DNA of 64,000 bases from Macrostomum lignano (taxonomy: Eukaryota). This document shows positions 23,290 to 37,209 of this stretch, piece by piece. The DNA lies in contig NIVC01003182.1 of the NCBI GenBank assembly GCA_002269645.1, positions 1 through 64,000 on the forward strand. The letters are read 5' to 3'. The notes under the pieces are model-generated. The model was given only the letters and a program-made list of their open reading frames with translations, was not told the DNA's origin and ran no database searches. Position 1 is the stretch's first letter; every line of letters starts with the position of its first letter. A program made the position numbers and the translations under genes.

Positions 23290-24055
23290 CAAGGACCACT
23301 AGAAGTTACCGTTGTATCAGGACGCAACACTCGTAAATATTGTAAAATTATTTGAAGGCTCGCTTGTTTTGCATGTATTTATCGGTACTTGCCTTCAAAA
23401 AAGCATCTATTCGACTTGAGTCGACTGTTTTAAAGAAGCATGCACTACATTTGAGCCTCAGAAGCTTCATACAATATGTGTATTTATAGTTTATTTAGGC
23501 TGTAATTAAATCATTATGCAACTCTTTTTAATATTTTCTAAGGTTTTATGCAGACAGCAGATACTGCTAGCAATATTACTATGACTAATACGAATACTAG
23601 TACTAATAGTGATAATACTGGTTTTTGATAGTGAAGTGACGCCTTTGCAGCCTACTGAACTCGGTACAGATTATTCGCTTTATAAAGCTTCCGAACTACA
23701 GAGTATATTGTATGGTCTGCTACTTTATCGAGACTAGGAAGCAATGGTTAAAATAACTGAAACTTAATTCATTTTGACTGCAATCAAATATTGCGTATTG
23801 CCGTTACTTAACTGTACGCCCGCCGCTCCTACATGTAGATATAGCGCCAAACTTTGCTTCATGTTAAAGAGAACAAAATTTCGAGCAACCTGGCGAAAAA
23901 ATTATCTTTCTAAGTGCAACCAGTCCGGAGTTATGAGCATTTAAAGTTTAGCTGCAATGCAAACAAGCAGGCCTTTTTGCAATTTTTGCATCGTAAATTT
24001 TGCAATATTTACGAGTGTTGCGTCCTGATACAACGGTAACTTCTAGTGGTCCTTG
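23290..24055. mobile_element. Non-autonomous DNA transposon (MITE), ~60-bp TIR starting CAAGG, 8-bp TSD
   Basis: caaggaccactagaagttaccgttgtatcaggacgcaacactcgtaaatattg at 23290 has its perfect reverse complement ending at 24055. Flanks ctactact / caactact match 7 of 8. Inserted in an (ACT)n tract. Confidence 0.9.
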
Positions 24056-24562
24056 CAACTACTACTACTATTACTCACTACTACTTACTACACTGCTAAT
24101 GCTGTACATGTAGTAATACTAACACTACTACTGCTGCTACCAATACTACTACTACTACGAGCTACATGTACTATACATGTACTCATGACATGCAGTGTCA
24201 TATAGGAAGTGCATTTATTTGTGCTCAAAATGAAGTATTACATTTCTTGGTGAATTTCTCACACAAACCATGACCTTAAATATCATCTGCAACCGATGCT
24301 CTATGCGGGCGAAACTGACAGCAATAATTTCTCAACAATCTTTCATATCTAAATAAATATTCGAGCACTTCAATTGTGCCAATAGCACCATTGCCATTGT
24401 CTTAATACAATGCATCTACGGAGTGACTGCCTGTCCATCAAAATGCAGTCGCACGGTTTGAAGTGAATGCAGCGGAATTTTCTATGCAGATGGGGCTCAC
24501 ATGGTTTCTTATATATTGGCGAGAGCGCAGGTCACAATTCTTTTAAACAAACTTATGGCACA

Positions 24563-27500
24563 ATGGGCAGCTCACTGAGCTTTTGCACTGTTTGTCACCA
24601 ACAGCCAACATCACGGTCTGTAACCATGGTTACTAATAATTACAGCGGTTCCGGAGCAGCTGATGCGGGCGTTGATGCAGCAATTTCAGAAACTGGCTCT
24701 GCAGGTGAGCGTTCATAAGTTTCCGACAATGTACATTGCGTTTCTCGACCTTTCGTATCGGATGTAGCTTTGGTAATAATTCTGATGTAGCTTTGGTAAT
24801 GATTCTGATGTAGTTTTGGTAATGATTCTGATGTAGTTTTGGTATTGATTCTGATGTAGCTTTGGTAATGATTCTGATGTAGTTTTGGTAATGATTCTGA
24901 TGTAGCTTTGGTAATGATTCTGATGTAGTTTTGGTAATGATTCTGATGTAGTTTTGGTAATGATTCTGATGTAGCTTTGGTAATGATTCTGATGTAGCTT
25001 TGGTAATGATTCTGATGTAGCTTTGGTAATGATTCTGATGTAGTTTTGGTAATGATTCTGATGTAGCTTTGGTAATGATTCTGATGTATAGCTTTGGTAA
25101 TAATTCTGATGTAGCTTTGGTAATGATTCTGATGTAGTTTTGGTAATGATTCTGATGTAGTTTTGGTAATGATTCTGATGTAGCTTTGGTAATGATTCTG
25201 ATGTAGCTTTGGTAATGATTCTGATGTAGCTTTGGTAATGATTCTGATGTAGTTTTGGTAATGATTCTGATGTAACTTTGGTAATGATTCTGATGTAGCT
25301 TTGGTAATGATTCTGATGTAGCTTTGGTAATGATTCTGATGTAGCTTGGTAATGATTCTGATGTAGTTTTGGTAATGATTCTGATGTATAGCTTTGGTAA
25401 TGATTCTGATGTAGTTTTGGTAATGATTCTGATGTAGCTTTGGTAATGATTCTGATGTAGTTTTGGTAATGATTCTGATGTAGTTTTGGTAATGATTCTG
25501 ATGTAGCTTCGGTAATGATTCTGATGTAGTTTTGGTAATGATTCTGATGTAGTTTTGGTAATGATTCTGATGTAGTTTTGGTAATGATTCCGATGTAGTT
25601 TTGGTAATAATTCTGATGTATGGCTTTGGTAATGATTCTGATGTAGTTTTGGTAATGATTCTGATGTAGTTTTGGTAATGATTCTGATGTATAGCTTTGG
25701 TAATGATTCTGATGTAGTTTTGGTAATGATTCTGATGTAGCTTTGGTAATGATTCAGATGTAGTTTTGGCAATGATTCTGATGTATAGCTTTGGTAATGA
25801 TTCTGATGTAGTTTTGGTAATGATTCTGATGTAGCTTTGGTAATGATTCTGATGTAGTTTTGGTAATGATTCTGATGTAGCTTCGGTAGTGATTCTGATG
25901 TAGCTTCGGTTGTGATTTTGGTGTAGCTTTGATAATGATTCTGATGTAGTTTTGGTAATGATTCTGATGTAGCTTCGGTAATGATTCTGATGTAGCTTCA
26001 GTAATGATTCTGTTGTAACTTTGGTAATGATTCTGATGTAGCTTTGGTAATGATTCTGATGTAGCTTTGGTAATGATTCTGATGTAGTTTTGGTAATGAT
26101 TCTGATGTAGTTTTGGTAATGATTCCGATGTAGTTTTGGTAATAATTCTGATATATAGCTTTGGTAATGATTCTGATGTAGTTTTGGTAATGATTCTGAT
26201 GTAATTTTGGTAATGATTCTGATGTAGTTTTGGTAATGATTCTGATGTATAGCTTTGGTAATGATTCTGATGTAGTTTTGGTAATGATTCTGATGTAGCT
26301 TTGGTAATGATTCTGATGTAGTTTTGGTAATGATTCTGATGTAGCTTCGGTAATGATTCTGATGTAGCTTCGGTAATGATTCTGATGTATAGCTTTGGTA
26401 ATGAATCTGATGTAGCTTTGGTAATGATTCTGATGTAGCTTTGGTAATGATTCTGATGTATAGCTTTGGTAATGATTCTGATGTAGCTTTGGTAATGATT
26501 CTGATGTAGCTTTGGTAATGATTCTGATGTATAGCTTTGGTAATGAATCTGATGTAGCTTTGGTAATGATTCTGATGTAACTATGGTTGTTATTCTGATG
26601 TAGGTTTGGTAATGATTCTGATGTAGCTTTGGTAATGATTCTGATGTATAGCTTTGGTAATGAATCTGATGTAGCTTTGGTAATGATTCTGATGTAACTT
26701 TGGTTGTTATTCTGATGTAGGTTTGGTAATGATTCTGATGTATAGCTTTGGTAATGATTCTGATGTATAGCTTTGGTAATGAATCTGATGTAGCTTTGGT
26801 AATGATTCTGATGTAGTTTTGGTAATGATTCTGATGTAGTTTTGGTAATGATTCTGATGTAGCTTTGGTAATGATTCTGATGTAGCTTCGGTAATGATTC
26901 TGTTGTAACTTTGGTAATGATTCTGATGTAGCTTCGGTAATGATTCTGTTGTAACTTTGGTAATGATTCTGATGTAGCTTTGGTAATGATTCTGATGTAT
27001 AGCTTTGGTAATGATTCTGATGTAGCTTTGGTAATGAATCTGATGTAGCTTTGGTAATGATTCTGATGTAACTTTGGTTGTTATTCTGATGTAGGTTTGG
27101 TAATGATTCTGATGTAGCTTTGGTAATGATTCTGATGTATAGCTTTGGTAATGAATCTGATGTAGCTTTGGTAATGATTCTGATGTAACTTTGGTTGTTA
27201 TTCTGATGTAGGTTTGGTAATGATTCTGATGTATAGCTTTGGTAATGATTCTGATGTATAGCTTTGGTAATGAATCTGATGTAGCTTTGGTAATGATTCT
27301 GATGTAGTTTTGGTAATGATTCTGATGTATTTTTGGTAATGATTCTGATGTAGTTTTGGTAATGATTCTGATGTAGCTTTGGTAATGATTCTGATGTAGC
27401 TTCGGTAATGATTCTGATGTAGCTTTGATAATGATTTTGATGTAGCTTTGGTAATGATTCTGATGTAACTTTGGTTGTTATTCTGATGTAGGTTTGGTAA

Positions 27501-30500
27501 TGATTCTGATGTAGCTTTGGTAATGATTCTGATGTATAGCTTTGGTAATGAATCTGATGTAGCTTTGGTAATGATTCTGATGTAACTTTGGTTGTTATTC
27601 TGATGTAGGTTTGGTTATGATTCTGATGTATAGCTTTGGTAATGATTCTGATGTATAGCTTTGGTAATGAATCTGATGTAGCTTTGGTATTGATTCTGAT
27701 GTAGTTTTGGTAATGATTCTGATGTATTTTTGGTAATGATTCTGATGTAGTTTTGGTAATGATTCTGATGTAGCTTTGGTAATGATTCTGATGTAGCTTT
27801 GGTAATGATTCTGATGTAACTTTGGTTGTTATTCTGATGTAGGTTTGGTAATGATTCTGATGTAGCTTTGGTAATGATTCTGATGTAGTTTTGGTAATGA
27901 TTCTGATGTAGTTTTGGTAATGATTCTGATGTAGCTTCGGTAATGATTCTGATGTAGTTTTGGTAATGATTCTGATGTAGTTTTGGTAATGATTCTGATG
28001 TAGTTTTGGTAATGATTCCGATGTAGTTTTGGTAATAATTCTGATGTATGGCTTTGGTAATGATTCTGATGTAGTTTTGGTAATGATTTTGATGTAGTTT
28101 TGGTAATGATTCTGATGTAGTTTTGGTAATGATTCTGATGTATAGCTTTGGTAATGATTCTGATGTAGTTTTGGTAATGATTCTGATGTAGCTTTGGTAA
28201 TGATTCTGATGTAGTTTTGGTAATGATTCTGATGTATAGCTTTGGTAATGATTCTGATGTAGTTTTGGTAATGATTCTGATGTAGCTTTGGTAATGATTC
28301 TGATGTAGTTTTGGTAATGATTCTGATGTAGCTTCGGTAGTGATTCTGATGTAGCTTCGGTTGTGATTTTGGTGTAGCTTTGATAATGATTCTGATGTAG
28401 TTTTGGTAATGATTCTGATGTAGCTTCGGTAATGATTCTGATGTAGCTTCGGTAATGATTCTGTTGTAACTTTGGTAATGATTCTGATGTAGCTTTGGTA
28501 ATGATTCTGATGTAGCTTTGGTAATGATTCTGATGTAGTTTTGGTAATGATTCTGATGTAGTTTTGGTAATGATTCCGATGTAGTTTTGGTAATAATTCT
28601 GATATATAGCTTTGGTAATGATTCTGATGTAGTTTTGGTAATGATTCTGATGTAATTTTGGTAATGATTCTGATGTAGTTTTGGTAATGATTCTGATGTA
28701 GCTTTGGTAATGATTCTGATGTAGTTTTGGTAATGATTCTGATGTAGCTTCGGTAATGATTCTGATGTAGCTTCGGTAATGATTCTGATGTATAGCTTTG
28801 GTAATGAATCTGATGTAGCTTTGGTAATGATTCTGATGTAGCTTTGGTAATGATTCTGATGTATAGCTTTGGTAATGATTCTGATGTAGCTTTGGTAATG
28901 ATTCTGATGTAGCTTTGGTAATGATTCTGATGTATAGCTTTGGTAATGAATCTGATGTAGCTTTGGTAATGATTCTGATGTAACTATGGTTGTTATTCTG
29001 ATGTAGGTTTGGTAATGATTCTGATGTAGCTTTGGTAATGATTCTGATGTATAGCTTTGGTAATGAATCTGATGTAGCTTTGGTAATGATTCTGATGTAA
29101 CTTTGGTTGTTATTCTGATGTAGGTTTGGTAATGATTCTGATGTATAGCTTTGGTAATGATTCTGATGTATAGCTTTGGTAATGAATCTGATGTAGCTTT
29201 GGTAATGATTCTGATGTAGTTTTGGTAATGATTCTGATGTAGTTTTGGTAATGATTCTGATGTAGCTTTGGTAATGATTCTGATGTAGCTTCGGTAATGA
29301 TTCTGTTGTAACTTTGGTAATGATTCTGATGTAGCTTCGGTAATGATTCTGTTGTAACTTTGGTAATGATTCTGATGTAGCTTTGGTAATGATTCTGATG
29401 TATAGCTTTGGTAATGATTCTGATGTAGCTTTGGTAATGAATCTGATGTAGCTTTGGTAATGATTCTGATGTAACTTTGGTTGTTATTCTGATGTAGGTT
29501 TGGTAATGATTCTGATGTAGCTTTGGTAATGATTCTGATGTATAGCTTTGGTAATGAATCTGATGTAGCTTTGGTAATGATTCTGATGTAACTTTGGTTG
29601 TTATTCTGATGTAGGTTTGGTAATGATTCTGATGTATAGCTTTGGTAATGATTCTGATGTATAGCTTTGGTAATGAATCTGATGTAGCTTTGGTAATGAT
29701 TCTGATGTAGTTTTGGTAATGATTCTGATGTATTTTTGGTAATGATTCTGATGTAGTTTTGGTAATGATTCTGATGTAGCTTTGGTAATGATTCTGATGT
29801 AGCTTCGGTAATGATTCTGATGTAGCTTTGATAATGATTTTGATGTAGCTTTGGTAATGATTCTGATGTAACTTTGGTTGTTATTCTGATGTAGGTTTGG
29901 TAATGATTCTGATGTAGCTTTGGTAATGATTCTGATGTATAGCTTTGGTAATGAATCTGATGTAGCTTTGGTAATGATTCTGATGTAACTTTGGTTGTTA
30001 TTCTGATGTAGGTTTGGTTATGATTCTGATGTATAGCTTTGGTAATGATTCTGATGTATAGCTTTGGTAATGAATCTGATGTAGCTTTGGTATTGATTCT
30101 GATGTAGTTTTGGTAATGATTCTGATGTATTTTTGGTAATGATTCTGATGTAGTTTTGGTAATGATTCTGATGTAGCTTTGGTAATGATTCTGATGTAGC
30201 TTTGGTAATGATTCTGATGTAACTTTGGTTGTTATTCTGATGTAGGTTTGGTAATGATTCTGATGTAGCTTTGGTAATGATTCTGATGTAGTTTTGGTAA
30301 TGATTCTGATGTAGTTTTGGTAATGATTCTGATGTAGCTTCGGTAATGATTCTGATGTAGTTTTGGTAATGATTCTGATGTAGTTTTGGTAATGATTCTG
30401 ATGTAGTTTTGGTAATGATTCCGATGTAGTTTTGGTAATAATTCTGATGTATGGCTTTGGTAATGATTCTGATGTAGTTTTGGTAATGATTTTGATGTAG

Positions 30501-33500
30501 TTTTGGTAATGATTCTGATGTAGTTTTGGTAATGATTCTGATGTATAGCTTTGGTAATGATTCTGATGTAGTTTTGGTAATGATTCTGATGTAGCTTTGG
30601 TAATGATTCTGATGTAGTTTTGGTAATGATTCTGATGTATAGCTTTGGTAATGATTCTGATGTAGTTTTGGTAATGATTCTGATGTAGCTTTGGTAATGA
30701 TTCTGATGTAGTTTTGGTAATGATTCTGATGTAGCTTCGGTAGTGATTCTGATGTAGCTTCGGTTGTGATTTTGGTGTAGCTTTGATAATGATTCTGATG
30801 TAGTTTTGGTAATGATTCTGATGTAGCTTCGGTAATGATTCTGATGTAGCTTCGGTAATGATTCTGTTGTAACTTTGGTAATGATTCTGATGTAGCTTTG
30901 GTAATGATTCTGATGTAGCTTTGGTAATGATTCTGATGTAGTTTTGGTAATGATTCTGATGTAGTTTTGGTAATGATTCCGATGTAGTTTTGGTAATAAT
31001 TCTGATATATAGCTTTGGTAATGATTCTGATGTAGTTTTGGTAATGATTCTGATGTAATTTTGGTAATGATTCTGATGTAGTTTTGGTAATGATTCTGAT
31101 GTATAGCTTTGGTAATGATTCTGATGTAGTTTTGGTAATGATTCTGATGTAGCTTTGGTAATGATTCTGATGTAGTTTTGGTAATGATTCTGATGTAGTT
31201 TTGGTAATGATTCTGATGTAGTTTTGGTAATGATTCTGATGTATTTTTGGTAATGATTCTGATGTAGCTTTGGTAATGTTTCTGATGTAACTTTGGTTGT
31301 TATTCTGATGTAGGTTTGGTAATGATTCTGATGTAGCTTTGGTAATGATTCTGATGTAGTTTTGGTAATGATTCTGATGTAGTTTTGGTAATGATTCTGA
31401 TGTAGTTTTGGTAATGATTCTGATGTAGTTTTGGTAATGATTCTGATGTAGCTTTGGTAATGATTCTGATGTAGCTTTGGTAATGATTCTGATGTAGCTT
31501 TGGTAATGATTCTGATGTAGTTTTGGTAATGATTCTGATATATAGCTTTGGTAATGATTCTGATGTAGTTTTGGTAATGATTCTGATGTAATTTTGGTAA
31601 TGATTCTGATGTAGTTTTGGTAATGATTCTGATGTATAGCTTTGGTAATGATTCTGATGTAGTTTTGGTAATGATTCTGATGTAGCTTTGGTAATGATTC
31701 TGATGTAGTTTTGGTAATGATTCTGATGTAGTTTTGGTAATGATTCTGATGTAGTTTTGGTAATGATTCTGATGTAGCTTCGGTAGTGATTCTGATGTAG
31801 CTTCGGTAGTGATTTTGGTGTAGCTTTGATAATGATTCTGATGTAGTTTTGGTAATGATTCTGATGTAGCTTCGGTAATGATTCTGATGTAGCTTCGGTA
31901 ATGATTCTGTTGTAACTTTGGTAATGATTCTGATGTAGCTTTGGTAATGATTCTGATGTAGCTTTGGTAATGATTCTGATGTATAGCTTTGGTAATGATT
32001 CTGATGTAGCTTTGGTAATGAATCTGATGTAGCTTTGGTAATGATTCTGATGTAACTTTGGTTGTTATTCTGATGTAGGTTTGGTAATGATTCTGATGTA
32101 GCTTTGGTAATGATTCTGATGTATAGCTTTGGTAATGAATCTGATGTAGCTTTGTTAATGATTCTGATGTAACTTTGGTTGTTATTCTGATGTAGGTTTG
32201 GTAATGATTCTGATGTATAGCTTTGGTAATGATTCTGATGTATAGCTTTGGTAATGAATCTGATGTAGCTTTGGTAATGATTCTGATGTAGTTTTGGTAA
32301 TGATTCTGATGTAGTTTTGGTAATGATTCTGATGTAGCTTTGGTAATGATTCTGATGTAGCTTCGGTAATGATTCTGTTGTAACTTTGGTAATGATTCTG
32401 ATGTAGCTTCGGTAATGATTCTGTTGTAACTTTGGTAATGATTCTGATGTAGCTTTGGTAATGATTCTGATGTAGCTTTGGTAATGATTCTGATGTATAG
32501 CTTTGGTAATGATTCTGATGTAGCTTTGGTAATGAATCTGATGTAGCTTTGGTAATGATTCTGATGTAACTTTGGTTGTTATTCTGATGTAGGTTTGGTA
32601 ATGATTCTGATGTATAGCTTTGGTAATGATTCTGATGTATAGCTTTGGTAATGATTCTGATGTAGTTTTGGTAATGATTCTGATGTAGCTTTGGTAATGA
32701 TTCTGATGTATAGCTTTGGTAATGAATCTGATGTAGCTTTGGTAATGATTCTGATGTAACTTTGGTTGTTATTCTGATGTAGGTTTGGTAATGATTCTGA
32801 TGTATAGCTTTGGTAATGAATCTGATGTAGCTTTGGTAATGATTCTGATGTAGTTTTGGTAATGATTCTGATGTAGTTTTGGTAATGATTCTGATGTAGC
32901 TTTGGTAATGATTCTGATGTAGCTTCGGTAATGATTCTGATGTAGCTTTGATAATGATTTTGATGTAGCTTTGGTAATGATTCTGATGTAACTTTGGTTG
33001 TTATTCTGATGTAGGTTTGGTAATGATTCTGATGTAGCTTTGGTAATGATTCTGATTTATAGCTTTGGTAATGAATCTGATGTAGCTTTGGTAATGATTC
33101 TGATGTAACTTTGGTTGTTATTCTGATGTAGGTTTGGTTATGATTCTGATGTATAGCTTTGGTAATGATTCTGATGTATAGCTTTGGTAATGAATCTGAT
33201 GTAGCTTTGGTAATGATTCTGATGTAGTTTTGGTAATGATTCTGATGTATTTTTGGTAATGATTCTGATGTAGTTTTGGTAATGATTCTGATGTAGCTTT
33301 GGTAATGATTCTGATGTAGCTTCGGTAATGATTCTGATGTAGCTTTGATAATGATTCTGATGTAGCTTTGGTAATGATTCTGATGTATGAGTTTATTGAT
33401 TCAATTTACGGGCGCCTTCGTCGGCGCGCTTGGAGACCAGTGCGAAGTGAAGTATTCCAACATCACTACTACTACGGAGTGGATCGTCGCGCACATAGTG

Positions 33501-35320
33501 CCGATCCCGAAGAAGGCAGGGACAACGTGGAAAGAAGACCACCGCGGGATCTCGCTGATGTCCTGCATCGCGAAGCTCTTCAACCGGCTGCTGCTCGATC
33601 GCCTGCAGTCTGTGCTGGACCCGTACGAGCTACTTGCGGTACGAGCAGAACGGATTTCGGCCGCAACGCGGTGCAGTGACACAAATTCTTGCACTCCGCC
33701 GAGTCATCGAGGAGGCGCGCATCCGCCAGTCTACTCTGATCATTGTCTTCGTTGACTTTCGAAAGGCGTTTGACTCGGTGTTGAGAGCCGCTCTTCCTTC
33801 GTCCTTCGAGCCTACGGGGTCACGCTGCAGCTAATCGACGCTGTCATGGCGCTGCATTGCGACACTCGAGCTGCTGTGGTGACGGCGGACGGCCGGTCTG
33901 ACCTGTTCGACACTTCATCAGGAGTTCTGCAGGGCGACACGCTTGCGCCGTTCCTCTTCGTGCTGCTGCTGGACTGGGTGCTTCGGACCGCACTCCCCTC
34001 GGCTGACGACGGCTTCCTGCTGCGCAGACGCATCGGTCACCGCCACAGCAAAAAGCGCCTGAGAGCGTTCTTTGGCTACGCCGACGACCTCGCCCTCCTG
34101 TCCTCTTCCGTTGAAGGCGCCCAGCGTCAAATCGACAGGCTGGTCGAGGTGGCATCGAGCGCCGACCGACATCACAGCGGACCTTACGTGCAGACGACCA
34201 AGCTCGCACGATGCCAGCGGTTGCCAGCGATGCCAACTCCGGCGGCGGCGAACTTGCCTGGGCGGCCTTCCGTTCGATCCGGGCCGTCCTCCAGTCCGAA
34301 GCGCTGCCCGACCGCCAGAGGGCTCGGCTGTGCCAGGCGGTGGTCGAAACCGTCGTCCTATATACAACGCCGAGACGTGGATGCTGACGGCTACGCTGGA
34401 GCGGCAGTTGGACTCGGCGAACTCTGATCAGGGCAGCTCCGTGCGGCTTTTTGAGCTGACGAGAGCGTCGGGACCGAGGCCCTGTACGGTCAGGCCAAGC
34501 TGCAGAGCCCGTCCATCATCCTTCAACTGGCGACTTTAACAGGCGGGCCACCAGTTAGTTGATCCGGGCTTAAGCCCTAAGCTTAGGGCTACTGCTCCCA
34601 ACTTGCTCAGGACGTTCTGTTGCTTGTAGGGCCTTGTAGGGCCAGTTCCAACGGGTCAGGCCCAAACTCATCGATACGCAGACTGTCTCCTGTGTGACGC
34701 CGGGGTGCCTGACACTACTAACGGGGCGGACTTCATCTGCTCTCAGGCTCTGCGGCTCTATACTGCCATCTGACGCACCGTGCTCTAACTGCAGTGACCT
34801 TGCATGTGGGGCTGCATGCGAAATTTGTTGTTGTTGTAGTTTTGGTAATGATTCTGGTGTAGCCGCCTCATCAACGTTGTTTCTTTCAGCAGACCAGCAG
34901 CCCTGCATCCTAGCGGTCTGCGAGTTGTTCAACCGAACCCAAAGCAGTCATGACAAATCTGTAGTAAATGCCAACGGCAACTGCAGCAGCGATGATTATG
35001 CCCACGGCGACACCAACAAGGAGCCTCTGCCGACGCTGCCACCTCCGAGGATTCTCGTATCGAGGCACACGCAGACCGTGTCAACACTGCTCGGTGTTCG
35101 TCTGCCAGCTGCTGTCGCCGTTGGCGGCTGGGCTCCGGATTTCAACAACAGGCGTTATAATAGTATTCATAGTAAAATCGCTTATAACAATAATAATAAC
35201 AAAGGTCGCAAGTTCGAATCCACAGCCGACAGTCGTCATCCGCTGCAACAGCCACGGATGTCGGACACGCCCTCGAGTGGCGAGTCCTGCTTCACCATCT
35301 CTGTGGCCTCGTCGATGTGA
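24563..35320 (+). CDS. Candidate 2-exon orphan gene (~190 aa) with N-terminal MGSSLSFC
   Basis: Exon 1 24563-24704 ends GCA G|gtgagc (phase 1). Exon 2 34890-35320 starts after ttctttcag|CA, completing GCA and staying open for 143 codons. No recognisable domain. Confidence 0.5.
24765..33388. repeat. 21/23-bp satellite (tttggtaatgattctgatgtagc), ~8.6 kb, with higher-order structure
   Basis: Continuous tandem array. A rare variant block recurs at 25881, 28332, 30735 and 31778. Confidence 0.98.
33390..34552 (+). mobile_element. 5'-truncated, frameshifted RTE-type non-LTR retrotransposon RT fragment
   Basis: Motifs spread across frames: DHRGISLMSCIAKLFNRLL, QNGFRPQR, FVDFRKAFDSV, GVLQGDTLAPFLF, YADDLALL, IYNAETWMLT. 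Confidence 0.9.
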
Positions 35321-35384
35321 ATAAACAGATTTGTGACTCGCGGTTCTAAGATGCGATCTGCGTGAACAGCTGTTTAAAGGTTAG

Positions 35385-35720
35385 AGGAGCGGGGAGTAAG
35401 GTGGGTGTTGAGGGGAAGGGAGTGAGGTGGGTATTCTTTAAAGGCAGGGAGTGACGTGGGTGTTCTTGAGGGGCAGGGAGTGAGGTGGGTGTTCTTGAGG
35501 GGCGGGGAGTGAGGTGGTTGCTCTTGAGGGGCGGGGAGTGAGGTGGTTGCTCTTGAGGGGCGGGGAGTGAGGTGGTTGCTCTTGAGGGGCGGGGAGTGAG
35601 GTGGTTGTTCTTGAGGGGCGGGGAGTGAGGTGGTTGTTCTTGAGGGGCGGGGAGTGAGGTGGTTGTTCTTGAGGGGCAGGGGGTGAGGTGGGTGTCCTTG
35701 AGGGACAGGGAGTGAGCTGT
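35385..35720. repeat. 28-bp tandem repeat (gggagtgaggtggttgttcttgaggggc)
   Basis: About 11 visible units downstream of the orphan ORF. Confidence 0.9.
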
Positions 35721-36339
35721 GGGTGGTACAATAAATCCAAAAATCAAACGAATATTTGTATCTGTTACTGCACTCTAAAAATCTTTTTAAAAATATTGTT
35801 TAATGTCGGTTTATTTCTATTGTATTATTATTGTTATTGTTAGTAGCCTTAAATGTGAATTTGGTAAACAGAAAAAAAATTTTTGTGTGCGCATTTGTAA
35901 AATATAGTCATTTATTTAACAACAAAAGAAACTATTGTTAAAAACACAATGAAATAAAATAATAAAGTAAAAAGCGACACGGAATGTGAGCACAATGTTT
36001 AGCGGATCTGTTTAACAAAAAACCTTTGACCTGATTGACATATACCAAGTGGAAAGTTGGCAATGAGACTCTTGAAGTAGTGAAATAAAAAAAGCAATCA
36101 TCTTTGGTAAACTTTTTTTGGAAGCGCAAAAACAATACAAAAAATTAGAACAAAAATCGTAGACTGAATTCCCTTCAAGTTAAAAAAGCTGTATTTAGCA
36201 ATATTTGTTATAGACTACTTACAGTATAAAGCGATGCATGCAGTATACTATATACCTCAGTGGTGGACAAGTTATCAAGGCCCCATTCTGAACTTTAAAT
36301 GAAGACTGGTTTTTGCTATTCTCTTTGGGCCTCATCTGT

Positions 36340-37185
36340 TGAGAGGGGAGAAAGAGGGAAAGATAGAGTGGAAAGAGCTGTGGTGTAGTGGGTGAGGGAG
36401 GGAGAGGGAAGGGTGGAGTGGGGGAGAGAGTTTGAGTGAGGAGGAGAGGTGGAGTGAGGAGGAGGGTGAGGTGGAGAGGGAGGGAGAGGTGGAGAACGAG
36501 AGGGAGAGGAGGAGAAGGAGAGGGAGAGGAGGAGAAGGAGAGGGAGAGGAGGAGGAGAGGGAGAGGTGGAGATCGGAGGGGGAGAGGTGGAGAAGGAGGG
36601 AGAGGTGGAGAAGGAGAGAGAGAGGAGGAGAAGGAGAGGGAGAGGAGGAGAAGGAGAGAGAGGTGGAGAAGGAGAGGGAGAGGAGGAGAAGGAGAGGGAG
36701 AGGAGGAGAAGGAGAGGGAGAGGAGGAGAAGGAGAGGGAGAGGAAGAGAAGGAGAGGGAGAGGAGGAGAAGGAGAGGGAGAGGAGGAGAAGGAGAGGGAG
36801 AGGAGGAGAAGGAGAGGGAGAGGAGGAGAAGGAGAGGGAGAGGAGGAGAAGGAGAGGGAGAGGAGGAGAAGGAGAGGGAGAGGAGGAGGAGAGGGAGAGG
36901 AGGAGAAGGAGAGGGAGAGGAGGGGGGAGAGGGAGGGAGAGGTGGAGAAGGAGAGGCCGAGAGGAGGAGAAGGAGAGGGAGAGGTGGAGATCGGAGGGGG
37001 AGAGGTGGAGAAGGAGGGAGAGGTGGAGAAGGAGGGAGAGGTGGAGAAGGAGGGAGAGGTGGAGAAGGAGAGAGAGGTGGAGAAGGAGAGGGAGAGGTGG
37101 AGATCGGAGGGGGAGAGGTGGAGAAGGAGGGAGAGGTGGAGAAGGAGGGAGAGGTGGAGAAGGAGAGGGAGAGGTGGAGTGAGAG
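36340..37185. repeat. GA-rich low-complexity array (gaggaggagaaggagagg)
   Basis: Purine-only tandem repeat abutting the AGPAT stop codon. Confidence 0.95.
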
Positions 37186-37209
37186 CAGAGCCAGGCCAGC
37201 GGGACCTGC

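Noticed and set aside
24633-25772. 379-aa minus-strand ORF
   Set aside because: It is a translation of the 21/23-bp satellite.
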